Below are positions 36,918 to 49,925 of a stretch of 64,000 nt of DNA, piece after piece. The DNA is from an uncultured candidate division Zixibacteria bacterium. GTDB lineage: Bacteria; Zixibacteria; MSB-5A5; GN15; FEB-12. How positions within the stretch are numbered: the stretch's first letter is position 1; the number at the start of each line of letters is the position of its first letter. The stretch lies in contig CAVTJJ010000006.1 in assembly GCA_963735035.1 (NCBI GenBank), positions 352,001-416,000 on the forward strand, in the 5' to 3' direction. The position numbers and the translations under genes were made by a program. The notes beneath the pieces are model-generated. The model saw nothing but the letters and a program-made list of their open reading frames with translations. It did not search any database and had not been told where the DNA came from.

Positions 36918-39900
36918 TTAGCTTTGAGTCGGTCCGTACTTCATGGCCGCCATCTGGCTGTAAAAATTCCAGCGGCGATCACAGTCCTGCTGCCCGAGAG
37001 CTACGAGCCGCTCGGCCCGCTCTTTGTCCTTGGCCAGCAAGGTCCGGAACCGGTTCTCGGCAAAAGCATATTCGCGGAACGGAATCGACGGCGCTTTGCA
37101 GTCGAGCTTCAAAGGATTCTCGCCCTTTTCCAGAAGCACCGGATTATAGCGATACAGCAGCCAGTGGCCGCTCTTGACCGCGATATCCTCACGACCCATG
37201 CCTAAGGCCATGTCGATACCGTGGGCGATACAGTGAGAATAAGCGATGATGATCGACGGGCCATCGTACTGTTCGGCCTCGACCATCGCCTTGACCGTCT
37301 GATTATGGCTGGAGCCCATGGCCACCTGAGCTACATAGACGTTGCCATAGGACATCATCATCATGCCCAGGTCCTTTTTCGGCATCGGCTTGCCGGCCGC
37401 AGCGAACAAAGCGGTGGCGCCGCGCGGAGTGGATTTGGACATCTGACCGCCGGTGTTGGAATACACTTCGGTGTCGAGCACCAGGACGTTGACGTTCTTG
37501 CCGGAGGCCATGACATGATCCAGACCGCCGTAGCCGATGTCATACGCCCAGCCATCGCCGCCGATAACCCAGACCGATTTCTTGACCAGGGAGTCGGCGA
37601 TTGATTTCAGGGTGCGCACCTTCTCGCTGCCGTTGAGTGAAACCAGTCGTTGCTTGAGAGCTTCAACCCGCTTACGCTGTTCCACTACGCCCGCCTGAGT
37701 CTTCTGATCGGCCTTCAGAATACCTTCATACAAATCCGGCACCAATTCTCTGGTGAGTTCAAGCGCGAACTCGTTGAGTTTGTCGGCCGTTAGTCTCATT
37801 CCGAAACCGAACTCAGCGTTGTCTTCGAAAAGCGAGTTGGACCAGGCCGGGCCGCGTCCGTCGGCATTCTGCGCATACGGCGTGGTCGGGAGATTGCCGC
37901 CGTAGATCGAACTGCATCCGGTGGCGTTGGCGCACAGGGCGCGATCACCGAACAACTGGGTCATCAACTTGATGTACGGTGTCTCGCCGCAACCCGAGCA
38001 AGCGCCGGAGAATTCGAACAACGGCTTGACGAACTGCGAGCCTTTGACGGTCTCGATGTTGATCAAGGCCTGATCGGTTTCCGGCAGCTTGTTAAGGAAG
38101 TAATCCCAGTTGACCGCTTCGGTCTTTCTCAGAGGCGCTTGCAACGACATGTTGATCGCCTTGCGCTCGGTCTTGTTGCCCTCGGCGTCCTTGGCGTAGG
38201 CCGGACAGGCATTCACGCAAAGTTCACATCCGGTGCAATCTTCGGGAGCGACCTGAAGTACATAGTACTTGCCCTTGAGAGGTTTGAGAGCCTCGACATA
38301 CTTGAACGTCGCCGGAGCGCCGGACAGATCTTCCTTTTCGACAATCTTCGGACGAATGGCGGCGTGCGGGCAGACGATCGAGCAGATGTTGCACTGGATA
38401 CAAACGTCCGGCTCCCAGACCGGAATGTCCACCGCGATGTTTCGCTTTTCGTACTGCGTCGTCGCCGTCATGTAGGTGCCGTCATCGGGGAACACCGACA
38501 CAGGGAGCTGATCGCCGCGTCCCGCGATGATTTCAGCCGTGACATTCTTGACGAAGTCCGGCGCGGAATCCGGCACGATCGGCGGACGTCGTTTGGTCGA
38601 AGTCACCCTGCTCGGAATATTGATCTCCCGCAGTCCTCTTCCCGGCGGCGTCGACCGCGGCGTAGTTCATCTTGACGACTTTCTCGCCCTTGTCGCCGTA
38701 AGTCTCATCGATCATGTGCTTGATCGCCTCGATCGCCTTTTCCTTCGGCAGAATGCCGGAGATGAGGAAGAAGGCGGTCTGCATGATCATGTTGATGCGG
38801 GCGCCCAGTCCGAGCTGTTTGCCCAGAGCGATGGCGTCGATCACATAGAACTTGGCTTTCTTGGCGATCAATTGCTCCTGGACTTCCACCGGAAGAGTAT
38901 CCCAGACTTTGTCCGGTTCGGTCATGCTGTTGAGCAGGAAGGTGCCGCCGGGGCAGAGCTTCTCGACCATATCGTATTTCTCGAGGAATGATTCGTTGTG
39001 GCAGGCCACGAACTGAGCCGACTTGATCAGGTACGGCTTGCGAATCTCCTTCTTGCCGAAGCGAACGTGCGATACGGTCACCGCGCCCGCTTTCTTGGAA
39101 TCGTACACGAAATAGCCCTGGGCGTAATTGTCGGTGTACTCGCCGATGATTTTGATCGAGTTCTTGTTGGCGCCGACGGTGCCGTCGGAACCGAGGCCGA
39201 AGAAAAGGCCGCGGAAGTCATTCCCTTCGAGATCAATCGAAGGATCCATCGAAAGCGAAGTGTGCGTTACATCGTCGACGATACCGACCGTGAAATGGCT
39301 CTTGGGAGTCTTCTCCTTCAGATTATCGAAAATGCCCTTGACCATCGAGGGATTGAACTCACTCGAACCGAGACCGTACCGCCCGCCTATAATCAGCGGC
39401 CGCTGAGCATACTTGACCCAGCCGTTATCCATGGCTTCGTTCAGAGCGGCCTGGACGTCGGTATACATCGGCTCGCCGACCGATCCAGCTTCCTTGGTGC
39501 GATCCAGGACGGCGATCCGCTTGACCGTCGCCGGCAGGGCCCGGGCAAACGCCTCAGCCGAGAACGGCCGATACAGGCGGACCTTGATCATCCCGACTTT
39601 CTCGCCGCGAGCAACCAGCCAATCGACCACTTCGTGAGTAGTCTCGGCTCCGCTGCCCATGATGACTACGACATTCTCCGCCTGCGGATGGCCGACGTAG
39701 TCGAACAGATGATAATGACGGCCAACGATCTTGGCGAACTTGTCCATCTCTTCCTGGACGATTTCCGGCGCGGCCAGATAGTACTTGTTGATCGTCTCAC
39801 GGTGCTGGAAGAAGACGTCGGGGTTCTGTGACGTGCCTTTGATCGTCGGACGATCGGGGGAGAGGGCCCGCAGTCGGTGGCTCTCGACCAGCTCTTGGGG

Positions 39901-40536
39901 CAACATCGCCCGCATATCATCGAAAGTGATCTCTTCGATCTTGGCAACTTCGTGCGACGTGCGGAAACCGTCAAAGTAATGCACGAACGGTACCCGGCTT
40001 CGCAATGAGGCGGCCTGTGTGATCAGGGCCATGTCCATGATGTTCTGCACCGAACCGGAGGCCATCAGGCCAAAGCCGGTGGAGCGGGTAGCCATGACGT
40101 CGGAATGATCGCCGAAAATCGAAAGGGCGTGGCTCGCCAGCGCCCGGGCCGAAACGTGAAACACGGTCGGCGTCATTTCGCCGGCGATCTTGTACATATT
40201 CGGAATCATCAGGAGAAGACCCTGCGAAGCCGTGAACGTCGTCGTCAGGCAACCGGTAGTCAGGGCCCCGTGGACGGCGCCCGAGGCGCCCCCTTCGGAC
40301 TGCATTTCCACTACCGTGGGGACGGTCCCCCAGATATTCTTCTCACCGCGCGCCGACTTGACATCGGATTTCTCACCCATGTCCGACGACGGGGTGATAG
40401 GGTAGATGGCGATAACTTCGTTGGTAGCATGCGCCACATGCGCCGCCGCTGTATTGCCGTCTATCGTGACCATCCGACGCTTGCCCGTTGATTTGAGCGT
40501 CTTGTCTGCGACTTTTTCAAGCGTCTGTTCTGTCAT
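36918..40536 (-). CDS. nifJ: Pyruvate:ferredoxin (flavodoxin) oxidoreductase, single-chain (one apparent frameshift ~38642)
   Basis: IYPITPSS, GLGSDGTVGANK, CIQCNICSIVCPH, EFSGACSGCGETPY, GGDGWAYDIG across ORFs 38533..40536 and 36918..38606. Confidence 0.93.
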
Positions 40537-40577
40537 AACTATTCTCCAATTAATCTTATACGTAGCTACTAGTAGGT

Positions 40578-41144
40578 TTATCGGACGTCCTTGTCATTCG
40601 TTGACAAGGTGATTTCTTTCTGAGCCTGATACTTGCCCTTCTTGTCACGGTACGAAACCTGACAGATTTCCGTGGCTTCGAGAAACAACAACTGGGCGAT
40701 TCCTTCTTTGGCATAGACCCGCACCGGTCTCGGACCGGTGTTAGACAACGAAAGTGTGGCAAAGCCTTCCCATTCCGGCTCGAAGGGAGTGACATTGACT
40801 ACAACGCCGCAGCGCGCATAGGTGGACTTGCCGGTACATACAGTGATGACGTCTCGCGGTATCCGGAAATACTCGAGGCTGCGCGCCAGAATGAAACTAT
40901 TAGCAGGTATCAACAATGATTCTGCCCGGCAGTCAACAAACAGGTCGGGGGAGGCTTTCTTCGGGTCGAGTTCGACGATGCGACTGAGATCGGGAACCTT
41001 GAATTCGTCGGCCAATCGGAAATCATATCCGTAGGCCGACACACCGAAACTTATGCCGCCTCTAACCTGGTCGGCTTCAAAAGGTTCGATCATCTGATGG
41101 CTGGAGGCCATCTCTTTTATCCAGCGGTCTGACTTTACGCCCAT
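40578..41144 (-). CDS. dcd: dCTP deaminase
   Basis: ISFGVSAYGYD, GKSTYARCG, VTPFEPEWEG, GKYQAQ. Confidence 0.95.
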   Translation of the reverse strand: MGVKSDRWIKEMASSHQMIEPFEADQVRGGISFGVSAYGYDFRLADEFKVPDLSRIVELDPKKASPDLFVDCRAESLLIPANSFILARSLEYFRIPRDVITVCTGKSTYARCGVVVNVTPFEPEWEGFATLSLSNTGPRPVRVYAKEGIAQLLFLEATEICQVSYRDKKGKYQAQKEITLSTNDKDVR

Positions 41145-41227
41145 GGGTACGACTCGGTCCTGCTTTCCATTCGAGGCCGAGACTATAACTCAAGTCGTCT
41201 CAAAAGTAAACCGCTGTTGTGGCCCGA

Positions 41228-41674
41228 TCACGCCGTCAACACCTTGAGTGGTGGGGTCTCGGTTTTCTGCCATCGAATCAGATCGGCGAGGGTGTACTCC
41301 TCGAAAACCGAGAGCAACCTTCTTTCGGCCAGTACGAGAACTTCACGGATGGCGCAGAATTCATCCGGATCCTTCAGGCAGGCCCGCTTATCTTCAATAC
41401 AGCGCATCAGGTGATAAGGTCCCTGAATAATTTCGAGGACTTCTTTTACCGTAATCTCAGCCGGATCTTTCGCCAGCGAAAATCCACCGCGCACACCCCG
41501 GTGAGACCGGATTAGTCCGCTTTTGGAAAGCGATTGGAAAATCTTGGCCAGAAACTTTTCAGGGATATCTTTGGCCTCTGAAATCTCGGATAGAGGCACA
41601 ACTTTGGATCGGTCGGCCTCCGCCAGGTAAAGTACGCCAAACATGCCGTACTCTTCGGCCTTAGTGAATTGCAT
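41228..41674 (-). CDS. Rrf2 family transcriptional regulator (3 Cys, likely Fe-S)
   Basis: IPEKFLAKIFQSL, SHRGVRGGFSLAK, RC...AC...FC. Confidence 0.92.
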   Translation of the reverse strand: MQFTKAEEYGMFGVLYLAEADRSKVVPLSEISEAKDIPEKFLAKIFQSLSKSGLIRSHRGVRGGFSLAKDPAEITVKEVLEIIQGPYHLMRCIEDKRACLKDPDEFCAIREVLVLAERRLLSVFEEYTLADLIRWQKTETPPLKVLTA

Positions 41675-41924
41675 ATCAGCCTTTCTTCAAAGCACCGTCG
41701 GCCAACTCAATTTTGGCCGCCAACTGCCAAACGGCGTCGCGTCCGTCTTGATTTCAAGATAGGATAATAGAGACCCAAGTCAATGGTTTTGTTTGTTATT
41801 TTTTTCTCAAAGTCCCAACTTCTTTTTGTTATAGTCTATAACGTTAGCTCTCGTAGAATTACCAACAATCCCCTTTTCTTTCGCTTCGGCATTGCCTATT
41901 TTGGAGGATTGAGAAAGGTCAAAA

Positions 41925-42473
41925 ATGACGGTAACCAAAGACGAATTAAAAGGTTTGTTAATCGTCTATACCGGAAACGGTAAAGGCAAGACCACCGCCG
42001 CTCTCGGTATGTGTATACGGGCCATCGGCTACGGATGGAAGGTCTGTGTCATCCAATTCGTCAAAGGGAGCTGGAAATACGGCGAATTGGAAGGTATCAA
42101 GCGGTTGGCGCCGGAAGTGGAACTTCGGGTGGTCGGGGAAGGCTTCGTGGGTATAATCGACGATCAAAAGGATTTCGAAGTTCACTGCAAGGCCGCCCGC
42201 GACGGCCTCGAAGAGGCGGGCAAAATCCTCACTTCAGGCAAATTCCCTTTGGTAATTCTCGACGAGCTCAACGTAGCGCTGGATCTCGGCCTGGTAACGC
42301 CGGAAGCTGTCCGCGAGCTCCTGGCGCTTAAGAGCGACCGCCAGCATCTGGTTATAACCGGACGAGGCGCTCCGGATTGGCTGATCGAGATGGCCGACCT
42401 TGTAACAGAAATGCGGGAGATCAAACATCCGTATCAGAAAGGTATCCTCGCCCAGAAAGGCGTTGACTGGTAG
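41925..42473 (+). CDS. cobO: Cob(I)yrinic acid a,c-diamide adenosyltransferase (CobO/BtuR)
   Basis: VYTGNGKGKTTAALG, ILDE, ITGR, ADLVTEM..IKHPY. Confidence 0.94.
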   Translation: MTVTKDELKGLLIVYTGNGKGKTTAALGMCIRAIGYGWKVCVIQFVKGSWKYGELEGIKRLAPEVELRVVGEGFVGIIDDQKDFEVHCKAARDGLEEAGKILTSGKFPLVILDELNVALDLGLVTPEAVRELLALKSDRQHLVITGRGAPDWLIEMADLVTEMREIKHPYQKGILAQKGVDW

Positions 42474-42570
42474 AGCTTGTGTAAGGTAGCTTCCACAGAA
42501 CTGTTCGTCGGTACGGACGTTGACTACTGTGAGAAGTTGGACCCTGACCTTGATTCCCAGGAAGAACTAA

Positions 42571-43521
42571 ATGGCTGAAAAGCAATATGACATTGTGATA
42601 GTCGGAGCCGGACCCGGCGGTCTGTGTGCCGGTCTTTATGCCGCCAGAGCCAGACGCAAAACGATCTGTCTCGAAATGGGCCTTCCGGGCGGCCAAATTG
42701 CCAATACCGCCGAAGTGGAAGATTACCTCGGATTCGAACATATATCCGGCGCCGAACTTTCGATGAAATTCGCGGCCCACGCCCAAAGCTTCGGACTTGA
42801 AATCGCCTCTGATCAGGTCGAAGAAATCTACACTGAAGGCGATGACCGTCTGGCCCGATGCGCCTCGGGTGCCGTCTATCGCGCCCGGGCGATTATCATG
42901 TCCACGGGCGGCTCACCGGTCAAGCTCGGGGTCCCCGGAGAACTAGAATATGCCGGGCGAGGGGTTTCCTATTGTGCGATTTGCGACGGGGCCTTCTTCC
43001 GCGATAAGATTATCGCCGTGGTCGGCGGGGGCGACGTAGCGGTAGAGGAAGGGACGTTCCTTACCAAGTTCGGAAGTAAAGTCTACATCATTCATCGGCG
43101 TGACCAGTTGCGGGCCGCGAAGATCATTCAGCAGCGCGCTTATTCCAACTCCAAGATCGAGTTCATTTGGGATACTGTTGTTGAATCGGTCAACGGTGAT
43201 GGCCGGGTGGTGTCGGGTCTCAGCCTCAAGAACATCAAGACCGGCGCCCAATCAAAGCTGCCGGTCAACGCGGTCTTTCCGTTCATAGGTTTTCATCCCA
43301 ACTCGAACCTGGTTCGGGGTGGTCTGAAATGTGACGAGGGGGGATATATCATCACCGATTACAAAATGGAAACCTCGGTGCCAGGTGTGTTCGCCTGCGG
43401 GGATGTCCGTTCGCAGCTGGTTCGCCAGATTACCAATGCGGTCGGCGATGGTACTACCGCGGCCGTGGCCGCGGAGAAATATCTGGAGAAGCTCGAAGAT
43501 AAGGCTGCGCGGCGCACCTGA
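42571..43521 (+). CDS. trxB: Thioredoxin-disulfide reductase
   Basis: GAGPGG, GRGVSYCAICDG, GGGDVA, GDVR...AVGDG. Confidence 0.95.
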   Translation: MAEKQYDIVIVGAGPGGLCAGLYAARARRKTICLEMGLPGGQIANTAEVEDYLGFEHISGAELSMKFAAHAQSFGLEIASDQVEEIYTEGDDRLARCASGAVYRARAIIMSTGGSPVKLGVPGELEYAGRGVSYCAICDGAFFRDKIIAVVGGGDVAVEEGTFLTKFGSKVYIIHRRDQLRAAKIIQQRAYSNSKIEFIWDTVVESVNGDGRVVSGLSLKNIKTGAQSKLPVNAVFPFIGFHPNSNLVRGGLKCDEGGYIITDYKMETSVPGVFACGDVRSQLVRQITNAVGDGTTAAVAAEKYLEKLEDKAARRT

Positions 43522-43706
43522 GTGAGGTTCAGTCAATCGTATTGCCCCGGCTGAGGGACTCGTTGCGTGGACCCCGAGCTTGGAGTGCAAGTAATTGTGC
43601 CGATAGGGCTTAGGTGTCACGCTTCTTGCCGCTCCTACCTGCCGCACGGCCAGCCTATTTTCATTGAATAACTTGACGTATAAGATGTATGATATGCAGT
43701 CCAGGG

Positions 43707-43732
43707 TGCAACCTGGCAGTCTGAGACTCGTC
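43707..43732 (+). promoter_or_regulatory. ECF-sigma-like promoter
   Basis: TGCAAC-N16-CGTC upstream of the tolC-macAB-type operon. Confidence 0.4.
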
Positions 43733-43944
43733 TTAAATGATGTTAAGGCTAATCTACAGTTTCGACACGATTGGGTAGAAAAGCTGGATCACACTACTTG
43801 GACATAGGAAACGAATCCTAAGGGCTTGAAAGAAATTCGGTAATAGTAATAGACCGACGCGCAACTTCTGCGGGCGATCAGTTGTCATATCGATAAAACA
43901 ACGAACGCAGCAATGTTGGCCGCGTGGAATGAAGGAGTTGTTTG

Positions 43945-45334
43945 ATGAAGCGGGTGGCTGTAATTCTGATTCTGACATTGACAATGGTAATGGTGTCCGG
44001 ACTGGTCCAGGCGACCACGATGACACTGGACGATTGTATACAACTGGCGCTAGAAAAGAGGGCTTCGATCATACAGGCGCGCGGCTCCGAAGGATCGGCT
44101 GCGGCCGGCAAAAGGGCCGCTCTTGGAGCGTTTCTGCCCAATATTCGGCGCGTCCTATTCTTACAGCAAAGGCAGGCAGTTCGATATCAATCCGCCTGAT
44201 GTCCAGGTGACACAGTACATGGACGCTTTTGACACTACCGTGATTGCAGGGGATACAGTTCGTAACGCAATCAGAGTTCCTGTCGCGTTTGAGACTATAA
44301 CCTCCCAGGACCAGGGACCGAGCAAGACGTGGGGCGCCACGGCCGACATGGATATATTCAATGCCGCAAGCTGGTTTCAATACGCGGCCGCAAGTGCCGC
44401 AAAAGCAGGAGCACAATTGGATGTGCTCGCGTCCGAACAGGATTTGATAACCTCCGTCAAGGTATCTTATTACGCCCATCTTGCAGCAGTCCAGAACGTG
44501 ACTGTCCAGGAGGATGCGGTTAAACGATCCGCCGAGCAGTTGAAGCTGATTGAGTCGCGGTTTGAGTTGGGGTCCGCCTCCAAATCGGATGTTCTACGCC
44601 AGAAAGTGCAGTCCGGTAACGATCAGCTTGCATTTATTAGTGCGACCAACGCGGTGACGGATACAAAAGCCAATCTTGCTTACACTATTGGAATTGATCC
44701 CAGGGAAGATCTGCAATTTGCGACAGAACCTACCGGTGATCAATACGGGGGAACTCTGGATGAGGCGATTAGCTTCGGTATTGAGCATAATCCTCGCCTT
44801 CTATCGTCACAGAAATCGACCGATCAGGCCAGGCACTCATTGCGCGCCGCTAAGTCAGGGTACCTTCCCACGCTGACGGCATCGGCGGATTATCGCAAGT
44901 TTAACGGCACTCAGTCGTTCACCAATTCCACGCTGAAGTATTCCAATAAGTCGTACAGCTATGGCTTCTCAGTCGGTTATTCGATATTCGATGGCTTCCT
45001 GCGTGAAAAACGGGTAACCGATGCCAAGGTTTATCGTAATAATACCATGGCCGCTCTGGCGGACACGCGCAACTCCGTTATTTCCGGTATCAAGTCATCA
45101 TACTTGAAGATCGAACAGTTGAAGAAGCAGCAGGAAGTCTCGACCGAAAACGTCGCAGCGGCGGAAGAAGATTATCGAATCACGCAGGAAAAATACAACT
45201 TGGGCGCGGCTACGATCCTCGATCTGCTGGACGCCCAGGTGACGTTGAAAGGGGCTCAAGTGGGGCTCATCAACGTACAGTTTGATTTGAATTTGGCGAT
45301 TGCGCAGCTCGAATACGCAATGGGCAAAATGTAA
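43945..45334 (+). CDS. TolC family outer-membrane efflux protein (one apparent frameshift ~44140)
   Basis: Signal peptide, LDDCIQLALE, RFELGSASKSDVL, KYNLGAATILDLLDAQ. Confidence 0.88.
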
Positions 45335-45358
45335 AAGCAAATATAGGGTGCGTCGGGT

Positions 45359-46674
45359 ATGAAGAAGAAGAAAGTCTGGATCATCATCGGCGTGGTTGTG
45401 GTGGCGGGGGCCCTCACATATGTCACGCTGACCTCTAACAAGAAGAAGATGACCGATGTTAATGCGGCCACGGTGGCCAAACAACATCTGGTTGAAAAGG
45501 TGTCCGCCTCCGGGCGTATCCAGCCTCAGACCAAGGTCAATATTACGTCGGAGTTCAGTGGTAAGATCATGTCTCTGCCGGTGGTGGAAGGGCAGCAGGT
45601 CTCTACTGGACAACTCCTGATAGTCATGGACACGGTGCAGATCAAGGCGGATGTTAGTCAGGCCAGGTTCGGTCTGGACGGCTATCGCGCCGCCCTGGAC
45701 GGGGCCAAAGCCAGCGACGACCAGGCCCAGGAAGAATATCAACGGCGCCAGAAGCTGTTCGATCAGAAATTGGGTTCCGAAACGGAGCTCAGCACGGCGC
45801 GATATGCCTATCTCAATGCCAAGGCTAATTACGAGAGCTTGAAGGCGCAGGTCAGCGGGGCAGAGGCCGCTTTCGATAAGCAGCTCGATCGCCTCGCGAA
45901 GGCCAGGATTGCCGCGCCGATGAACGGTGTGGTGACTTCACTGAACGTCGAGGTCGGTGAAATTGCCGCCGGTCAGACCGCGTTCACCCAGGGCCAGACG
46001 CTCATGACCATCTCCGATCTAAGCGTTTTTGAGGTCGAGGTCGAGGTCGATGAGACCGAAGTCAACAAGATCGCGTTGGGGCAGCGCGCTGATATCGAAG
46101 TTGATGCCTTCCCTGATACGACTTTCGCCGGCAGCGTCGTGGAAATCGGCAATACGGCCGTGTTGATCGGTGGCGGAACGCAGGATCAATCCACCAATTT
46201 CAAAGTCAAAGTGACGTTCGCCGAAATCAATCCGAGCCTTCGTCCCGGCATGTCGGCGACGGTTGACATCACGGCCGCCGAGCGCAAGGATGTATTGGCC
46301 GTGCCGTTTGCATCAGTGGTTACGCGCAGCTACAATATGGATTCACTCGCGACGGCCAGAGCGGGCAAGAACGCTAAAGACACCGGTTCGGGCGAAGTTC
46401 TCGCGGCTGAGAACGACAGTCTTAGCGCTCCCAAAGACAGCGCCAAGGCCGGAAAAGATAAGGAGCTCAAGGGCGTGTTTGTGATTCGCGAAGGTATCGC
46501 CCGTTTTGCTCCGATTCAGACCGGTATCGCCGGACAAAAAGACATTGAAGTCACCGAAGGTGTGGCTGAAAAGGACTCGGTAATTTCAGGACCGTACAGT
46601 GTCCTTCGAACGCTCAAAGACGGCGACGCCATTAAGGTCGTCAAAGCCGACAGCACAAAGCAGGAATCGAAATA

Positions 46675-46675
<1 letters not shown>
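45359..46675 (+). CDS. Efflux periplasmic adaptor (MacA/YknX-like membrane fusion protein)
   Basis: [30 protein letters not shown]. Confidence 0.92.
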
Positions 46676-47382
<707 letters not shown>

Positions 47383-47395
47383 AGGTTAAGCGACT

Positions 47396-48621
47396 ATGGT
47401 CCTGGGTTCCCTATTTCGCATCGCGTCCGGCGCTCTCTGGGCCAACAAGCTCCGCTCCGGATTGACTTTCCTGGGTGTCATTCTTGGTGTCACTTCGGTA
47501 ATGACCATAATGTCGTTTCTGCAGGGTGCCGTGGGAGAGATCGAGCGAGCTCTGGATTCGCTTGGCCCGTCGACATTCATGGTGGCCAAGATGATGTCGG
47601 TCTTCTCTGAGGAAGAGTTTTTGGAGAAGATAAAGCGGCGTCCGGTTTCTTTGCATACCGCGGATGTGATCGAGAGAGACTGTCAATTGTGTGAACTGGT
47701 CTCACCGAGACTTTTCGACCAGGCCCGCATAAGCTACGAGAGTCAGAGTCTCAGGCGTATCGACGTCATGGGCGGTACCTCCAATTTTATCGACATCGTT
47801 GATATCGAAGTTGGCCAGGGGCGGTTTCACTCCCACGAAGACGATATTTACAAGCGCAATGTGATTTTCATCGGCGACCTTGTCCGCGAGAATTTCTTCG
47901 AGGGTCGAGACCCGATTGGCAAAGATCGTCAAGCTCGGCGGTCAAAAATACACCGTCATTGGAGTCGCCAAGAAGCGTGGGACTTTGATGGGCGAAAGCC
48001 AGGACGATTTTGTCGTAATCCCGTTGTCCGCCTTCCTCCGCCAGTTCGGCGAGCCGGAGCGCAGGGGTACTTTCCTGACCATCAAAGCTGTTTCGGTCGA
48101 GAAGCTGCCAGAGGCGATGGACGAGGTCCGTCTCATTATGCGCACGTATCGCAAGGTGCCGTACAACGAACCGGATGATTTCGACATGGAGACAGCCGAG
48201 AGCATTTTGGAGCAACTTAACGCTTTCACCTTGATGTTTCGATTAGTCTTCATAGGCATTTCCGGAATCTCGCTGGTAATCGGCGGCATCGTCGTGATGA
48301 ATATCATGATGGTTTCGGTAACCGAACGAACGCGAGAAATAGGCATACGAAAAGTCGATCGGTGCCAAACAACGCCACATTCTCATCCAGTTCCTGTTTG
48401 AATCGGTGATGCTGACGTTTTCCGGAGGCGCCGTCGGTGTGGCTCTGGGGTTCATTATCGCAAAATCAGTCGCGCTCCAGTTCGACCTGAATATAGAACC
48501 GTCCTTGCTGGCCATCTGGTCCGGTCTGGGAGTGTCGACCGGGATCGGTTTGATCTTCGGCATCTACCCGGCCATGAAAGCGGCCCGCCTGGATCCGATA
48601 AAAGCCCTGAGCTACGAGTGA
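47396..48621 (+). CDS. MacB/FtsX-like ABC permease 1 (two apparent frameshifts ~47922, ~48351)
   Basis: NKLRSGLTFLGVILGV...GGIVVMNIMMVSVTERTREIGIRK...YPAMKAARLDPIKALSYE across three ORFs. Confidence 0.88.
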
Positions 48622-48633
48622 GAGGACGACCAC

Positions 48634-49884
48634 GTGTTACTTTCACCCGTTGAAATGCGCGACGCCGTGATTATGGCGATGTCGTCGGTCAGGGGGAACA
48701 AGTTTCGTTCCATCCTGACCATTATGGGCGTTCTGGTCGGGGTGGCGGCGGTGATCTCGATGGCTTCGGTGATCGACGGTCTGAATGGAGCCGCGCAGTC
48801 GGAAATCGACCGCATGGGTTCGAATGTAATCATGGTGAACAAGTTCCCGCAGGGAGTGAACCATGAGGATCTGACCGAAGACGAGCGCAACCGGCCACCT
48901 ATAACGATCGGTGAGGCCCAGACCATACTGGCCAACTGCCCCAGTGTTGATGGTGTGGCGCCGCACAACTACTATTTCAGGCCCGGTGGAAACGAAGCCA
49001 AGTACAATAATCGCAAATTCAACAATCCGAATTTCAACGGCACCTGGCCGGACTATGTGAAGGTGAGGGCCAAAAATGTCTCGTCGGGGCGGTTTCTTGA
49101 TCAGACCGATCTGCAATACCGACGCATGGTCTGTGTGCTGGGATCCGGAGTCGCCGAAGTGCTCTTCCCCGGCGAGGATGCGGTCGGGAAGATGATGCGC
49201 CTAAATGGCGACGAATTCGAAGTGATCGGGATCTTTGAGAAGGTCAAGTCCAATTTCGGGAATGAGTGGGAAAACCGTCTCATCAGTATCCCTATGACAA
49301 CGTTTGCGAAACTGATTCCATGGGAGAAAGAGCTAGCTCTGGATGTGTCAGCTCGATCACGCGAGGTATTAGCGCAAGCCCAGGAGGAGATAATCTCGGC
49401 TCTGCGAATCTATCGCAAAGTGCCATTTGACAAGCCGAACAATTTCGCGCTCTCCACGCAAGACCAGTTCAAGGAACAGGCTGCTCAGATTACCGATGTG
49501 GTTTACATGATCATGATCGTCATTACTTCGGTCGGCCTATTGGTCGGCGGTATCGGCGTGATGAATATCATGCTGGTATCGGTTACAGAGCGCACTCGCG
49601 AGATCGGTGTCCGCAAGGCGATCGGCGCAAAGAAAGCCAATATCGTGCTCCAGTTTCTGACCGAAGCGATGTCCCTGGCCGGTCTTGGCGGTGTTATCGG
49701 AATCTTCGTGGGAGTCATTCTGGGCATGATCCTCAACAAAACCTTCAATTTCCCGGTAACGCTGCCCTTTCTCTGGATATTTATCGGATTCGGAGTATCT
49801 GTCACGGTTGGCCTGGTGTCGGGGGTCTATCCGGCCATTAAGGCGGCCCGGTTGGACCCGATCGAGTCTTTGCGCTATGAATAA
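48634..49884 (+). CDS. MacB/FtsX-like ABC permease 2
   Basis: GGIGVMNIMLVSVTERTREIGVRKAIGA, AARLDPIESLRYE. Confidence 0.94.
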   Translation: MLLSPVEMRDAVIMAMSSVRGNKFRSILTIMGVLVGVAAVISMASVIDGLNGAAQSEIDRMGSNVIMVNKFPQGVNHEDLTEDERNRPPITIGEAQTILANCPSVDGVAPHNYYFRPGGNEAKYNNRKFNNPNFNGTWPDYVKVRAKNVSSGRFLDQTDLQYRRMVCVLGSGVAEVLFPGEDAVGKMMRLNGDEFEVIGIFEKVKSNFGNEWENRLISIPMTTFAKLIPWEKELALDVSARSREVLAQAQEEIISALRIYRKVPFDKPNNFALSTQDQFKEQAAQITDVVYMIMIVITSVGLLVGGIGVMNIMLVSVTERTREIGVRKAIGAKKANIVLQFLTEAMSLAGLGGVIGIFVGVILGMILNKTFNFPVTLPFLWIFIGFGVSVTVGLVSGVYPAIKAARLDPIESLRYE

Positions 49885-49925
49885 CTTCCCCTCTGGCGTT
49901 ATATTGCGCTGTGAGTAATTGAATC

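Noticed and set aside
41675..41925. Cobalamin riboswitch upstream of cobO
   Set aside because: AT-rich promoter-like region with no B12-box or GGGAA core visible
42571..43521. Selenocysteine extension of TrxB at its TGA stop
   Set aside because: The protein is complete with a CAIC active site, and no SECIS-like hairpin or meaningful extension was seen
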